DNA of 20,000 nucleotides, taken from positions 47,675 through 67,674 of the forward strand of contig JABLTG010000108.1 of assembly GCA_016618085.1 (NCBI GenBank). The letters run 5' to 3'. This document shows, one piece after another, positions 10,664-20,000 of the stretch. Numbering within the stretch: the stretch's first letter is position 1; each line of letters begins with the position of its first letter. A program made the position numbers and the translations under genes. The stretch comes from Neovahlkampfia damariscottae (lineage: Eukaryota). The notes under the pieces are model-generated. The model ran no database searches. It was not told the DNA's origin and saw nothing but the letters and a program-made list of their open reading frames with translations.

Positions 10664-11822
10664 TTAAAAGCATTTTCTATGGACAATTGATTCACCAGAT
10701 TCTTCAAATTCACTTTTTGAAATCCACATTTGTTGAAATGTTGCCAATGATGACAAAATTGAACCTCCAATCCAAACTGAATATTTTCTTTCTGGAGGTG
10801 CTATTACTTTAACTTTCATTGAAGAAGGTGCAAGCTGTTCAATGTCAGATTTTAATCTAACATCAATTCCGTTAAACATAGTTGTACCACCAGATAAAAC
10901 GATATTCTAAAATGTCAAAAATATAAAGTGAGTAACTTACTTGATAAAGAGATTTTCTAATATCAATTTCACATTTTTGAATTGAGTCAAAAGTAGTTTC
11001 ATGAACACCAACACTTTCTGAGCCAATCAAATTAGGTTGAAAAAGAACTTCTGGACATCTAAATCTTTCATTTCCAACAGTGATAATATTTCCATCAGGA
11101 AGTTCATAAGTCTTTTCAATGTCACCTGATGTTTCTGATTTTATCATTTCATCATCAAAATTAGGAGCAACATAACAAAGCTTTTCTTTGATATCCCTGA
11201 CAATCTCTCTTTCAGCAGATGTCTTAAATGAATAACCTCTTTCTCCTAATATTTTCATTAAATATTCTGTCAAGTCTCTTCCAGCGAGGTCTAATCTTTC
11301 AATAGCATGAGGTAAAGCGTATCCTTCATAAATTGGGACAGTGTGAGAAACGCCATCTCCTGAGTCCAAAACAATACCTGTTGTTCTACCTGAAGCATAT
11401 AATGAAAGAACAGCTTGAATAGCAACATACATTGCAGGTGTACTAAATGTTTCAAACATAATTTGAGTCATTTTTTCTCTGTTGACTTTTGGGTTGAGTG
11501 GAGCTTCTGTTAAGAGCACAGGATGATCTTCTGGAGCAATTCTTAACTCATTATAAAAAGTATGATACCAAATCTTTTCCATGTCATCCCAATTTGTCAC
11601 GATACCATGTTCAATTGGGTACTTGAGAGCCAAGATTCCTCTTTTTGATTGAGCTTCGTCTCCAATGTAATATTCTTTATCTCCCATTCCAACCATTGAT
11701 GATTTAAATTTTGGTCTTCCAACTATACTAGGAAAAACTGCTCTTGGTGCATCTTCTCCTGCAAATCCAGCTTTGCACATTCCTGAACCATTATCGACAA
11801 CTAAAGCTTGAATATCTGACAT
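10664..11822 (-). CDS. act: Actin (moderately divergent paralogue); 374 aa
   Basis: Exons 11822-10941, 10906-10664; intron 10907-10940 (34 nt) restores [14 protein letters not shown]. Canonical motifs [55 protein letters not shown]. Confidence 0.97.
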
Positions 11823-11986
11823 TTGTTGTTGTTTTGTTGTTTTTTGTTTTCATATTCAATTTGATGTTTTATGGTCTATTTATGCAACCCTAAACTATCA
11901 AATGTCCAATAAAATCAAAATCTAAAAATAATACTTCAAATATCCAATAAAAAGCAATTAAGCTTCAATCAATGAATTTTTAAAAA

Positions 11987-14591
11987 TCATTTGTAGTGTT
12001 GGATAGTTTTGTAAATAACAATACTTTTTATCAAACTCATCAAAAATCCTTCAAATAGGACTGAATTTCCTTGAATAAATAATGTGTTGTTTGGTCCTAA
12101 ACTCAATAACTAAAAATGTTAATTTTTCAGAAATCAACTGATTACCATTGATCTTGGTGCCAAGATATAATCCACCAATTTCTCACCAGTAATAACCTTT
12201 GGAATATTTTGTAACACAATTTGAGCATGTTTTTCAGCATTTTGAGCCAATTTCTCTTCAACAACATTAACAACATCTCCAATAGCAAATATATTCTCAA
12301 ATCCTTCAACTTGCATATTCTTATTTACTTTAATGTACCCACGTTCATCAATAATTTCAGGAATTTTTATCAATTTTGAATTTGGTTGAAATCCTATGCA
12401 AGCAACAACAACATCAGCTTGAATTTCATTTTTTGAAGTTTTGATTGTTTTTCCAATTTCTGTAACTTTAGTATTCAAATGAACATCAACATTCAATTTT
12501 TGAAAATGTTTCATGATGTATTCATGTGCATCTGGACAAGCGCGATTCAAATATTTGTCATGTAATGAAATAGTAGCAAATTTCTTATCAGGATATTTAG
12601 CAACCAAGGCACCCAAAATTTCAACTCCAATCGGTCCACTTCCAACAACAAGAATTTTTTCAGCATCAATGAATTTGCTTTCATGATCAACAAAATTGTC
12701 AATTGAAAGACCTGAAACAACAGTTGGTTTGCAATCCTTTTGAATGTTCAAAGAAGCCAAATCATAATAAGATCCAGTTGCAATTACCAAAAACTCAAAA
12801 TTTGTAATTTCTTTCAAGTTAGACAAGGTAATAGTTTTTTCTGTGACGGAAACTACTTCTTCATTTATCAATGTAACTCCCTTAAGAAACTGAAGAATGA
12901 ATGAGAAAAATGGATAATCTTACATTTTTGAATGGTGATTTAATTTTGTTTAAATCCATATCTCCAATGAATGCTGGAATTGTTGGTTGATTAATGAAGT
13001 CTTGGTTTTTAGTGATTAAAGTTACATCATACAATGATTTATCCAAGTTTCTTGCCAAATCAACTCCACTAAATCCTCCACCTATAATAACCACAGAGAA
13101 TTTCTTCCCGAATTGATAATATTGATTGTCGTCATTGTAGTGCGAATTTCCAGTAATATAACCAATTTTATGTAATTTCTTTGCAAATTCAAGAGCTTTT
13201 TTTCGGATTTCTATTTTGTATTCTTGTTGTAACCATGAAACAAATTCATAACCAATGAAACTTATAATGTTAAAATTGAAAAAAGAAATCAAACGAAAGT
13301 GGGTATGAATAAAATATTCCTCGATTTTTGATCAATTTTGTTTGTTTTTTTGCATTTTCAATGACTTCATCACAATCCAGCTCAAATGAATTTTCAGTAA
13401 GCGAATGAAATCTCTTCAATTGTGGTGTAATAGGTGATGAAATAGGTGTGATTTTTGAGTTCAAATCAACGTTACTTGTTGATTTTATTTCTGATAAACT
13501 CGTTCTTTTAACAATATCTTTCATGAAATCTTTAATTCTTTCAGTGTCTCCTTTCAATTCTTCAAGAGCATCTTCAGCATCTAAATCCAATAAAATCTTG
13601 TAATTTTCTTCACTAATAATTGGACCTGGTTCTAAAGTAGATCCCATTCTCTTTTAAAAAATGTCAATAGAATTGTCTAAATCACCTTAATAAAGTTAAA
13701 AATTGATTTAGAAGTGGATCGTTTTGAGTAACTGGTGGATATTGACATTTGAACAATTTCTTAAAAACAAATGAATAAATAAGTTAGTTTACCAACAAAA
13801 AATGGATTATAACCGTCTAAAAGTTTTTTGATTAATTGCTGATGGAGTTTTATATTTGTAATATCTGATAGTAGTTGTTCTGGTCTTCTTAATGTCATTA
13901 TTTCATAAATCATCACTCCAAATGAATAAACATCAACTAAATATAATATGTCAATTTTAAAAAATATACCTTTTTCTGTTATATTTAAATGAATTTCAGG
14001 TGCAAGATATAAAGGTGTTCCTCCAAAATCCTCGTCTAATTTTTCATCAGAATTTACAGACAAACCAAAATCAGATAATTTTACTATCAATTCATCATCT
14101 TTTTTCATTAACAGAATATTTTGTGGTTTAACATCTCTAAAAATGAATTTCAAAAAAAAAAAAAAATTATACCTGTGAATTATGTTTAAACTATGAATTT
14201 CTTTCAAAGCAGAACAAATCTGCGAAGTTAAACTCTTCAGTAGAATTGTATCAATAATTTCTAAATTTTGTCTTTTTTGTTGTATCAAATATTCCAGTGT
14301 AAAATCACAAATCTCCATAATTATATAAATTTCAATTTGTTCGTCATCCGTAAACGGATCAATATTGATGTGTTTCATGAAGTCATAGTATTTTATAATA
14401 TTTTCATGGTTTAATGATTGAACAAGCTCTATTTCTTTCATTACTTTTTCAACTTGATTTTCGTCAAACAAACAAAGTTGTTTCACTGCCACTTTCGTGT
14501 TTTTTTTCAAGTCCAAAGCTTCATATATAATACCTTCTGTACCATAACCTATTTCCTTCAGTATTTTGTACTTTTCAGTGAATTCTGTCAT
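11987..14591 (-). CDS. Ser/Thr kinase - DEP domain - FAD/NAD(P)H oxidoreductase (AIFM2/FSP1-like, Pyr_redox_2) fusion; 787 aa, 8 exons
   Basis: Introns 14137-14172 (36 nt), 13937-13969 (33), 13760-13792 (33), 13651-13685 (35), 13261-13294 (34), 12890-12923 (34), 12110-12145 (36), all GT-AG; spliced length 2364 nt, open to TGA at 11987-11989. Kinase GYGTEG/VAVK/HRDVKPQN/DFG/APE; DEP-like IKNR..YPLSFIGYEFVSWL..ALEFAKKLHKIGYI..DDNQYYQF; IIGGGFSG, IATGS, VGSGPIGVE, IFAIGD. Confidence 0.85.
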
Positions 14592-14603
14592 TGTGAAAAA
14601 TAG

Positions 14604-15170
14604 ATGCAAATATTATTGGATGAGATTAAAAATACTTCCAATTTATATTTTGGAAGAATTAAAAAATGCTTCAATTGTAGTTTTGAAGATGCAAATGCAA
14701 CAATAAGTGAACTACCTTGTGAGATTCGAACATCAAAAATTAAATTTATTTTCAATTTATCAAACATAGATTCCCAAGAAACAACATTTAAATACCATGC
14801 AAACCTCAAGTGAAGCGTTGTAGCCAAAATCAACTGAAAATCTTTGATATTGGTAAAAATATAAATTAATGTTTGTCATATGCATACGAATATTCAAAAG
14901 ACTTGACTGAATCTCATGAAATGATGCCATCAATGCTGGATGGATTATCAAAAGTGAGAAAAGTACTTCATGTTAAAATTTTAAAAGGAAGAAACAACAA
15001 ATTCAGTTCCAGATACAGTTTCAGAGGAAGCCAAGAAAGAAATCTCAAAATCAAATATCATCTGATCCAACAGCAAGAATAAACATCTTGAGAACAATAA
15101 TTTATACCCTCTGAATACATGGCAGTGTGGAAAGTAGTAAAACAACAAAACCAACGATGAAGTGTGAAAA
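14604..15170 (+). pseudogene. Possible decayed gene remnant (frameshifted coding-like segments with one intron-like element)
   Basis: Coding-like pieces in different frames (MQILLDEIKN..., SYAYEYSKDLTESHEMMPSMLDGLSK, EETTNSVPDTVSEEAKKEISK). The last two are joined by a typical 34-nt GTGAGA..AAAG intron (14954-14987), but internal stops and frameshifts prevent a continuous ORF. Confidence 0.35.
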
Positions 15171-15235
15171 TTTGGAAAAAACAAAAAAAACACAATCTCT
15201 TTTAAAATCGGGATGACATTCCAATAAAACACAAT

Positions 15236-16885
15236 TTAAGCATATTTATTCATAAATTCATTGTGGAATTTTTCAATTCTATTGCAAAATTCAAGAATTT
15301 CATCTTCTGGAGGCAAGAAAGTTGTTCTAAAATGATAAGTACCACTTTTTTGTTCAAAACCAGATCCAGGAACAACAACAATACCAGTTGCTTTAAGTAA
15401 TTCCATACAATAGAATAAATCTGGAGCAATATTTTTCTCTTTTGCGAGTTCAATTACTTTTTTAGGTAATTCAACTTTTGGAAATGCGTACATTGCCCCA
15501 CTAACTTCAGAACATGAAACACCTTCAAGTTTTTGTAATTTTTCAACTAAAATCTTTGCTCTTTTTTTCAATGAAACAAGAATATCATCTCTTTCTTTTT
15601 TGTATTGTTCATATGATTCATCTCCTTCTTTTGGTGGATTGACTTTCAAATCCATCAAAATTTGAGCATCTACATTGGAACAAAGTGAAACAGATGCAAT
15701 TTTATAAAGTTGATCAACAACAGCTTCATCAACTGAATTACTAATTTCCATATAACCACCTCTTCTACCACCTGTTTTGGAAATCTTAGAAATATCTCAT
15801 TTTTCACTTACATTCACCTAAAAATCCTTTTGAGAGAGTATGGTATGAAAATAATTCTAAATTTTTCTCTGTTGAATATTTTGATCCCATATCATTTGCA
15901 GCTTTTTTAAATGAAACAAATGGCTGTTCTCCATAAATATTCTCTTGATAAACTTCCTGGAAAAAACTTTAAAACTCAATTTTTTGTTTACATCAGCGAG
16001 TAAAATGATTCCCTTTTCAACACAAAATTGAATAATTTCTTGTTGATTTTCAACAGTCAAAATTTGTCCTGTTGGATTTCCAGGGTTGATGACAGCCAAA
16101 GCTCTAACATTTTTTCCTTTTTTGATAGCTTCTTCATAAGCACTTTGAATAGATGACAATGGAGTGGACCAATTTTCTTCTTCATTTAAATAATAACCAG
16201 AATAAGAACCACCTAACAAAGTAATAGAAGCTGAATACAATGGATATTGTGGAATTGGAATAAGAATCTAAAAAATCAACAAAAATCAAATTTCAACTTA
16301 CACAATCATTTTCATCTCTAATGACTGCTTGTAAGACCATTTGAATTCCAGGCGAAGCACCATTTGTTAAAAAGATTCTTTTTGGGTTTGAAGGATACCC
16401 ATCTCTTTCACCAATAAATTTGGCTACACTTTCTCTGACTGGAAAAAGTCCTTGACTGTGTGTATACGCTCCACTGTCGCTATCAAAATAATTAAGAATT
16501 TTTTTTGCTCTTTCAATAACATCTTTTGGTAAAGATTTAACTAATTCTTCATTCTCTAAGAAATTTGGTGATGTAACTAAGGATAGAACCTATCGGAGAT
16601 TTTAGGAAAAATTTTCCTTACGTTTCTGTGAAAAGTTATATGCTTATTGACAAGTTGAAGAGGATTTCCAATGTTACCTGAAATATTGTTTTAATTTTAA
16701 TTTTAGTTTTTACAGTATAACAATTTGTCGAAAGGAAGATGTTTTCCTTTTTTCAAGTCTTCTTCGTATTCAGCAGCTTTTGCAACTATAGCTCCACGCA
16801 CTGCGTATTGACTTTTAACAACATATTTATTCAAGTTATTAACAGCAAGTTTGTTGAATAATTGAGATGTTCTCTTCAAACTCAT
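15236..16885 (-). CDS. Alanine aminotransferase (PLP-dependent class I/II aminotransferase); 490 aa, 6 exons
   Basis: Introns 16678-16713 (36 nt), 16590-16621 (32), 16268-16301 (34), 15957-15991 (35), 15772-15811 (40). Motifs YAVRG, YCNIGNP, GAYTHSQG, IPIPQYPLYSA, INPGNPTGQ, ADEVYQEN, SKGFLGECGRRGGY (PLP Lys), VVPGSGF, HFRTTFLP. The basic N-terminus could be a mitochondrial targeting peptide. Confidence 0.95.
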
Positions 16886-17038
16886 TTTTTTGAGTGTATT
16901 TTTTCGACCAATCAAAAAAAAATCGGTTGGTTATCAAAGATGTTGTTTTTTCATTATTTTATTGTAATTTAACATTTAGTTAAACAATTTAATATGTTTT
17001 TTTTATCCAATCATTATCATTTTTCTTTTTTGTTGAGG
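16886..17038. promoter_or_regulatory. Divergent promoter region with CCAAT boxes
   Basis: GACCAATCA (16908) and TCCAATCA (17007) lie between the aminotransferase ATG (16885, -) and ATG 17039 (+). Confidence 0.5.
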
Positions 17039-17290
17039 ATGAACATTGATGAGTTAAACAGATTTAAAACTAATGATTTTTTTAATTTTGAACCAAAAGT
17101 GAAATCAAATTTCAAGAAATTTTTCAAAATAACGTCAAAATTAAGATATTTTGGCATGATTGGATTTGTTTTATTATTTTTATATTTTTTTCGACCAAAA
17201 AAACTTGAAATCGAAGAGTTCAAAGAAAAAGATGTTATAAATGATTATATTGAAAAAGAAAATGAACTAAATCAAATTTTCTACAACTGA
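17039..17290 (+). CDS. Small single-pass membrane protein or truncated gene
   Basis: ATG 17039 lies downstream of a CCAAT box (17007). It has one hydrophobic segment (YFGMIGFVLLFLYFF) followed by a charged stretch. Coding-like sequence continues past the stop, so it may be a truncated remnant. Confidence 0.4.
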   Translation: MNIDELNRFKTNDFFNFEPKVKSNFKKFFKITSKLRYFGMIGFVLLFLYFFRPKKLEIEEFKEKDVINDYIEKENELNQIFYN

Positions 17291-17468
17291 ATTGTTTATA
17301 ATTTCAGAATTTTAATCAAAAAATTAATTTCCAACAACTCATGGCACCCAAGTTCGTGGGTCAAACAATTTTACTTCAAAAGAAATTGAATATACTCATT
17401 AGTTATTGCTAAACTAAACAAAAGAATTTGGAAATTTAAAACAAAAAAATGAATGCAAAATAAAAGTT

Positions 17469-17790
17469 TTATTTTTTTTCAAATTGTGAAAATGCTGTAC
17501 TTTGTATTTTCTTTTCCAAATTATCTAATTTTTCTTTTAATTCTTTATTCTCTTGTTCCAATTTTACATTTTTTAATCTCATCTCTTCACCAATTTCAAT
17601 AAATGTTTCTACAAAGTAAATTAATTCTAGAATATTCCTTACTTGTCTGAAACATCAAATATTTATCCTCTTTACCAAATTTTGCATCTTCTGGTAACAA
17701 CTCTGCTTTGTACAAGAAATTCTTCATTTTTTCAAATTCTTCTTCATTCAAATCTTTCAAATAATGACTAACAAATAATTGTTTTGACAT
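17469..17790 (-). CDS. Small hypothetical coiled-coil protein; 95 aa
   Basis: Exons 17790-17643, 17608-17469; intron 17609-17642 (34 nt, GTAAGG..GTAG) gives an open frame ending EMRLKNVKLEQENKELKEKLDNLEKKIQSTAFSQFEKK-TAA; CCAAT at 17834 upstream. Confidence 0.7.
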
Positions 17791-17913
17791 TTTGATGTTC
17801 TACTACTTTTGTTTCAAAAAAAATAAAAATAAACCAATCAATAAGACTCCTTGTAATTAGTCACGTTATAAGAATAAACCTTAGTTTCTAAGTTGAAGTC
17901 TATGGTTTCAACC

Positions 17914-18048
17914 TAACAAATATGGTTTTTACCAATAAAACGGCTTATTTCTGAATGAGTGTGGTTAATCTGAATAAGTTGTGTTATTCCGAATAAGTAT
18001 GGTTTTAAATGAATAAGTAGCGTTGCTCCAAATAAGTTACTTTTTACA
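17914..18048. repeat. Degenerate ~19-20 nt tandem repeat array (core GAATAAGT...GTTATTCC)
   Basis: Units start at 17933 (caataaaacggcttatttct), 17953 (gaatgagtgtggttaatct), 17972 (gaataagttgtgttattcc), 17991 (gaataagtatggttttaaat), 18011 (gaataagtagcgttgctcc) and 18030 (aaataagttac...). Weaker copies lie at 17914 and near 18060. Confidence 0.7.
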
Positions 18049-18139
18049 CAAAAAGTTCAGTTATTCCACATAACGAAACACTTCAAGTTGTTACATGCCA
18101 GTTTTAATAAAAACTCCAGTTTTGAAATAAAAAAAATTT

Positions 18140-19203
18140 ATTCTTCAATTCTTTGTTTCTTTTCCTGTATTTTTTATTATTTCTATGTTTCTTTCTTTCC
18201 AATGCTCCATCAAGAACAATTAATTTATGAAAGACAAACAATTTTTAATTTAAAAATTTTATTTCATTTAAAAAAACTCTTGCTTATTTTGAAATTCCAT
18301 TGAATATTTCATAAATATCTTTTTGGATAAGACATGCTTCAAGTTTATCCAAAACATTTGACTTCTTTTTTACGAAATCTGCACCATTCTTTTCAATTTC
18401 TTCTTTTATTTTTTTAAAGTAATAGTCTTCATCTTCACTTTTGTCGTGTTTTATTTCACTCAAATCAAACGTTATTTTTTTCCTTTCAATCTTTTTAATA
18501 TCCTCTAAATCCTTTGAATCTATTAACTTCTTTAAATAATCTAAATCCATTGAAAGATCTTTCACAATTAAATTCTTTGAATTTATTAATTCCCCTAATT
18601 TCCTTAAATCTTGTAATTTATTTTTATCCATTAAATCTATTAAATCTTTTGAACCCATTAAAATCTTTAAACCATTTCTCAAAATATCTAAAGTTGATTT
18701 TTTTTCGATTTCTAGCTTATAAGTTTTTTTTGACTCTCCATTTTCTAATTGAAAAATACGACCTTCATCAAGAACAAATTGTAATGTGCCTTTGTTGAAA
18801 CAAGTGTAGATTTTACAAAAATAGGAGTTTTTATGGTTTCTGGTCTTGAAATATCGATTATAACTCGACTATCATCTTCTTTGGCAACAATAAAACTGTG
18901 GTTTCCTTCTCCTTCTTCTGTGGCCCATTCAAAACCAATCTTTTTATCTTCTAATTTTTTTGATACAAAACAAGAGCAAATAATACAATTACCAGATACT
19001 TCCACTTTTTTTTTAGTTTCTCCACAGACGTTCAAAATTATTTCGTAAAAATTGTTGTCATTGTCAAATACATCTTTATTGTCAATTCCACTTGTTGTTA
19101 ATCAATTCCATAAATCAAGTTCATGCATTTTTTTGTAATCAAATTGATCAAATGTTTCTTTACATTTTTTAAAAAAATCAACCTCGTAATTTTTTAAAGA
19201 CAT
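18140..19203 (-). pseudogene. Intronless pseudogene with a papain/transglutaminase-like Cys-His-Asp motif set and a helical C-terminus
   Basis: ATG 19203, in-frame TGA at 19102-19104 (DLWN*LTTSG), then SGNCIICSCF...GNHSFIVAKEDDSRVIIDISRP. A one-base frameshift near 18790 leads into GTLQFVLDEGRIFQLENG...LRNGLK, followed by TAA at 18284-18286 and further stop-interrupted coding-like sequence. Confidence 0.6.
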
Positions 19204-19204
19204 T

Positions 19205-20000
19205 TTGTCCAAAAAAAAATTGAAACAAATCAAACTGATGAAATTCAGTGAAGTTGGACAAATTAATTTTTTACTTAAAACATTTGAAAATGATCATCTA
19301 CTTTTAAACCAAAATACAAACATGATTTTTACAAAAAACGACATTCAATTTTTAGGATCTACTTGGGATGCTAAATTAACAAAAGAAAATGAACTATTTC
19401 TTTATTATGAAAATTACAGAATCAGACTTTTTTGTAAGGAAGAAGGAAATGTTTCCAAAGAAAACTTTCTCTCAGGAGAAATTAGAAAAAAAATTGAAGG
19501 AGATCTTTATGAACTAATAGCACTATTGAAGATTCAGGGCATCATAGGTGGAATTAGTTTAACTCAAGTAACATCTTCAAGTAGCAAAAATGAAGAAAAC
19601 GGCCAATGAATTGATGGTTATTGTGATAAAAGTGGCCAATTAGATTTAATTTTGCCAGTTATTTTTAGAATTTTTATTTGAAGTTGTTCAAGTTGAACAA
19701 AAAAGACCTTTTGTTCAACTAGAAAATACTGAAAAAGATCTCAAGTATTTAAAATGTCCAAACAGCTCAAATTGGATTCATTTTGGAAAGAAAAAAATGT
19801 TACTCCAACATCAACAACAGAAGTGATAAAAAAGAGAAAACTTGAAGAACAAAAAGTTCAACAAAAGAAACAGGAAATATGAAATCAACATATAAACAAG
19901 GAAAAGATTCGTATCCTTTTTGGTGGACTAAAGAAAAAGAAGACATGCTACAAGTGAAAAGTATACCTCCAAGTTCTTCTTCTTCTTCAGTTGACAAGAA
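19205..20000 (+). pseudogene. Probable pseudogene / 5'-truncated gene remnant running off the window
   Basis: The 134-codon ORF ends at TGA 19607-19609, but the same frame continues plausibly (ENGQ*IDGYCDKSGQLDLILP). Frameshifted coding-like pieces follow (RPFVQLENTEKDLKYLKCP, STYKQGKDSYPFWWTKEKEDML). Confidence 0.45.

Noticed and set aside
14811..15253. Reading TGA as sense gives a long open spliced frame through 14604-15250
   Set aside because: That frame yields shifted-frame-like sequence (QIQFQIQFQRKPRKK), whereas another frame reads naturally (EETTNSVPDTVSEEAKK). This is consistent with frameshift decay rather than recoding.
17914..18048. CRISPR-like appearance of the repeat array
   Set aside because: The period is only 19-20 nt with no unique spacers of CRISPR length, there are no cas genes, and the context is eukaryotic.
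821..19997. Short antisense or alternate-frame ORFs in the track (821-1024, 1888-2106, 3282-3512, 4175-4366, 6518-6889, 10289-10486, 10588-10812, 14418-14603, 14588-14833, 14760-14951, 14981-15232, 15250-15453, 17017-17223, 18088-18303, 18514-18798, 18833-19048, 19800-19997)
   Set aside because: They are shadows of better-supported genes or remnants, have Phe/Leu/Ser-rich antisense composition, often start at non-ATG codons and carry no motifs.

Overview
AT-rich, gene-dense eukaryotic (protist) nuclear DNA in the standard genetic code, with tiny GT-AG spliceosomal introns (22 of 23 reconstructed are 29-40 nt). The ORF track fragments collapse into about 9 intact spliced genes: a circularly permuted Ras (G3-G4-G5-G1-G2)-Zn finger-VWA-RING protein; a Ser/Thr kinase-F-box-like-beta-rich protein; a secreted protein whose C-terminal ~330 aa are mirror-symmetric and look like one giant polycationic beta-hairpin; a PDI/thioredoxin-like protein; a class 3 lipase; a divergent actin; a kinase-DEP-AIFM2/FSP1-like oxidoreductase triple fusion; an alanine aminotransferase; and a small coiled-coil protein. 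Several decayed gene remnants are interspersed, and the right end holds a degenerate ~19-nt repeat array next to two pseudogenes, one with a Cys-His-Asp papain/transglutaminase-like motif set. Actin sequence features suggest a heterolobosean (Naegleria-related) host, which is inference only. The highlights are the hairpin protein, the kinase-DEP-oxidoreductase fusion, the cpRAS-RING protein and a candidate twin intron with a zero-length exon.
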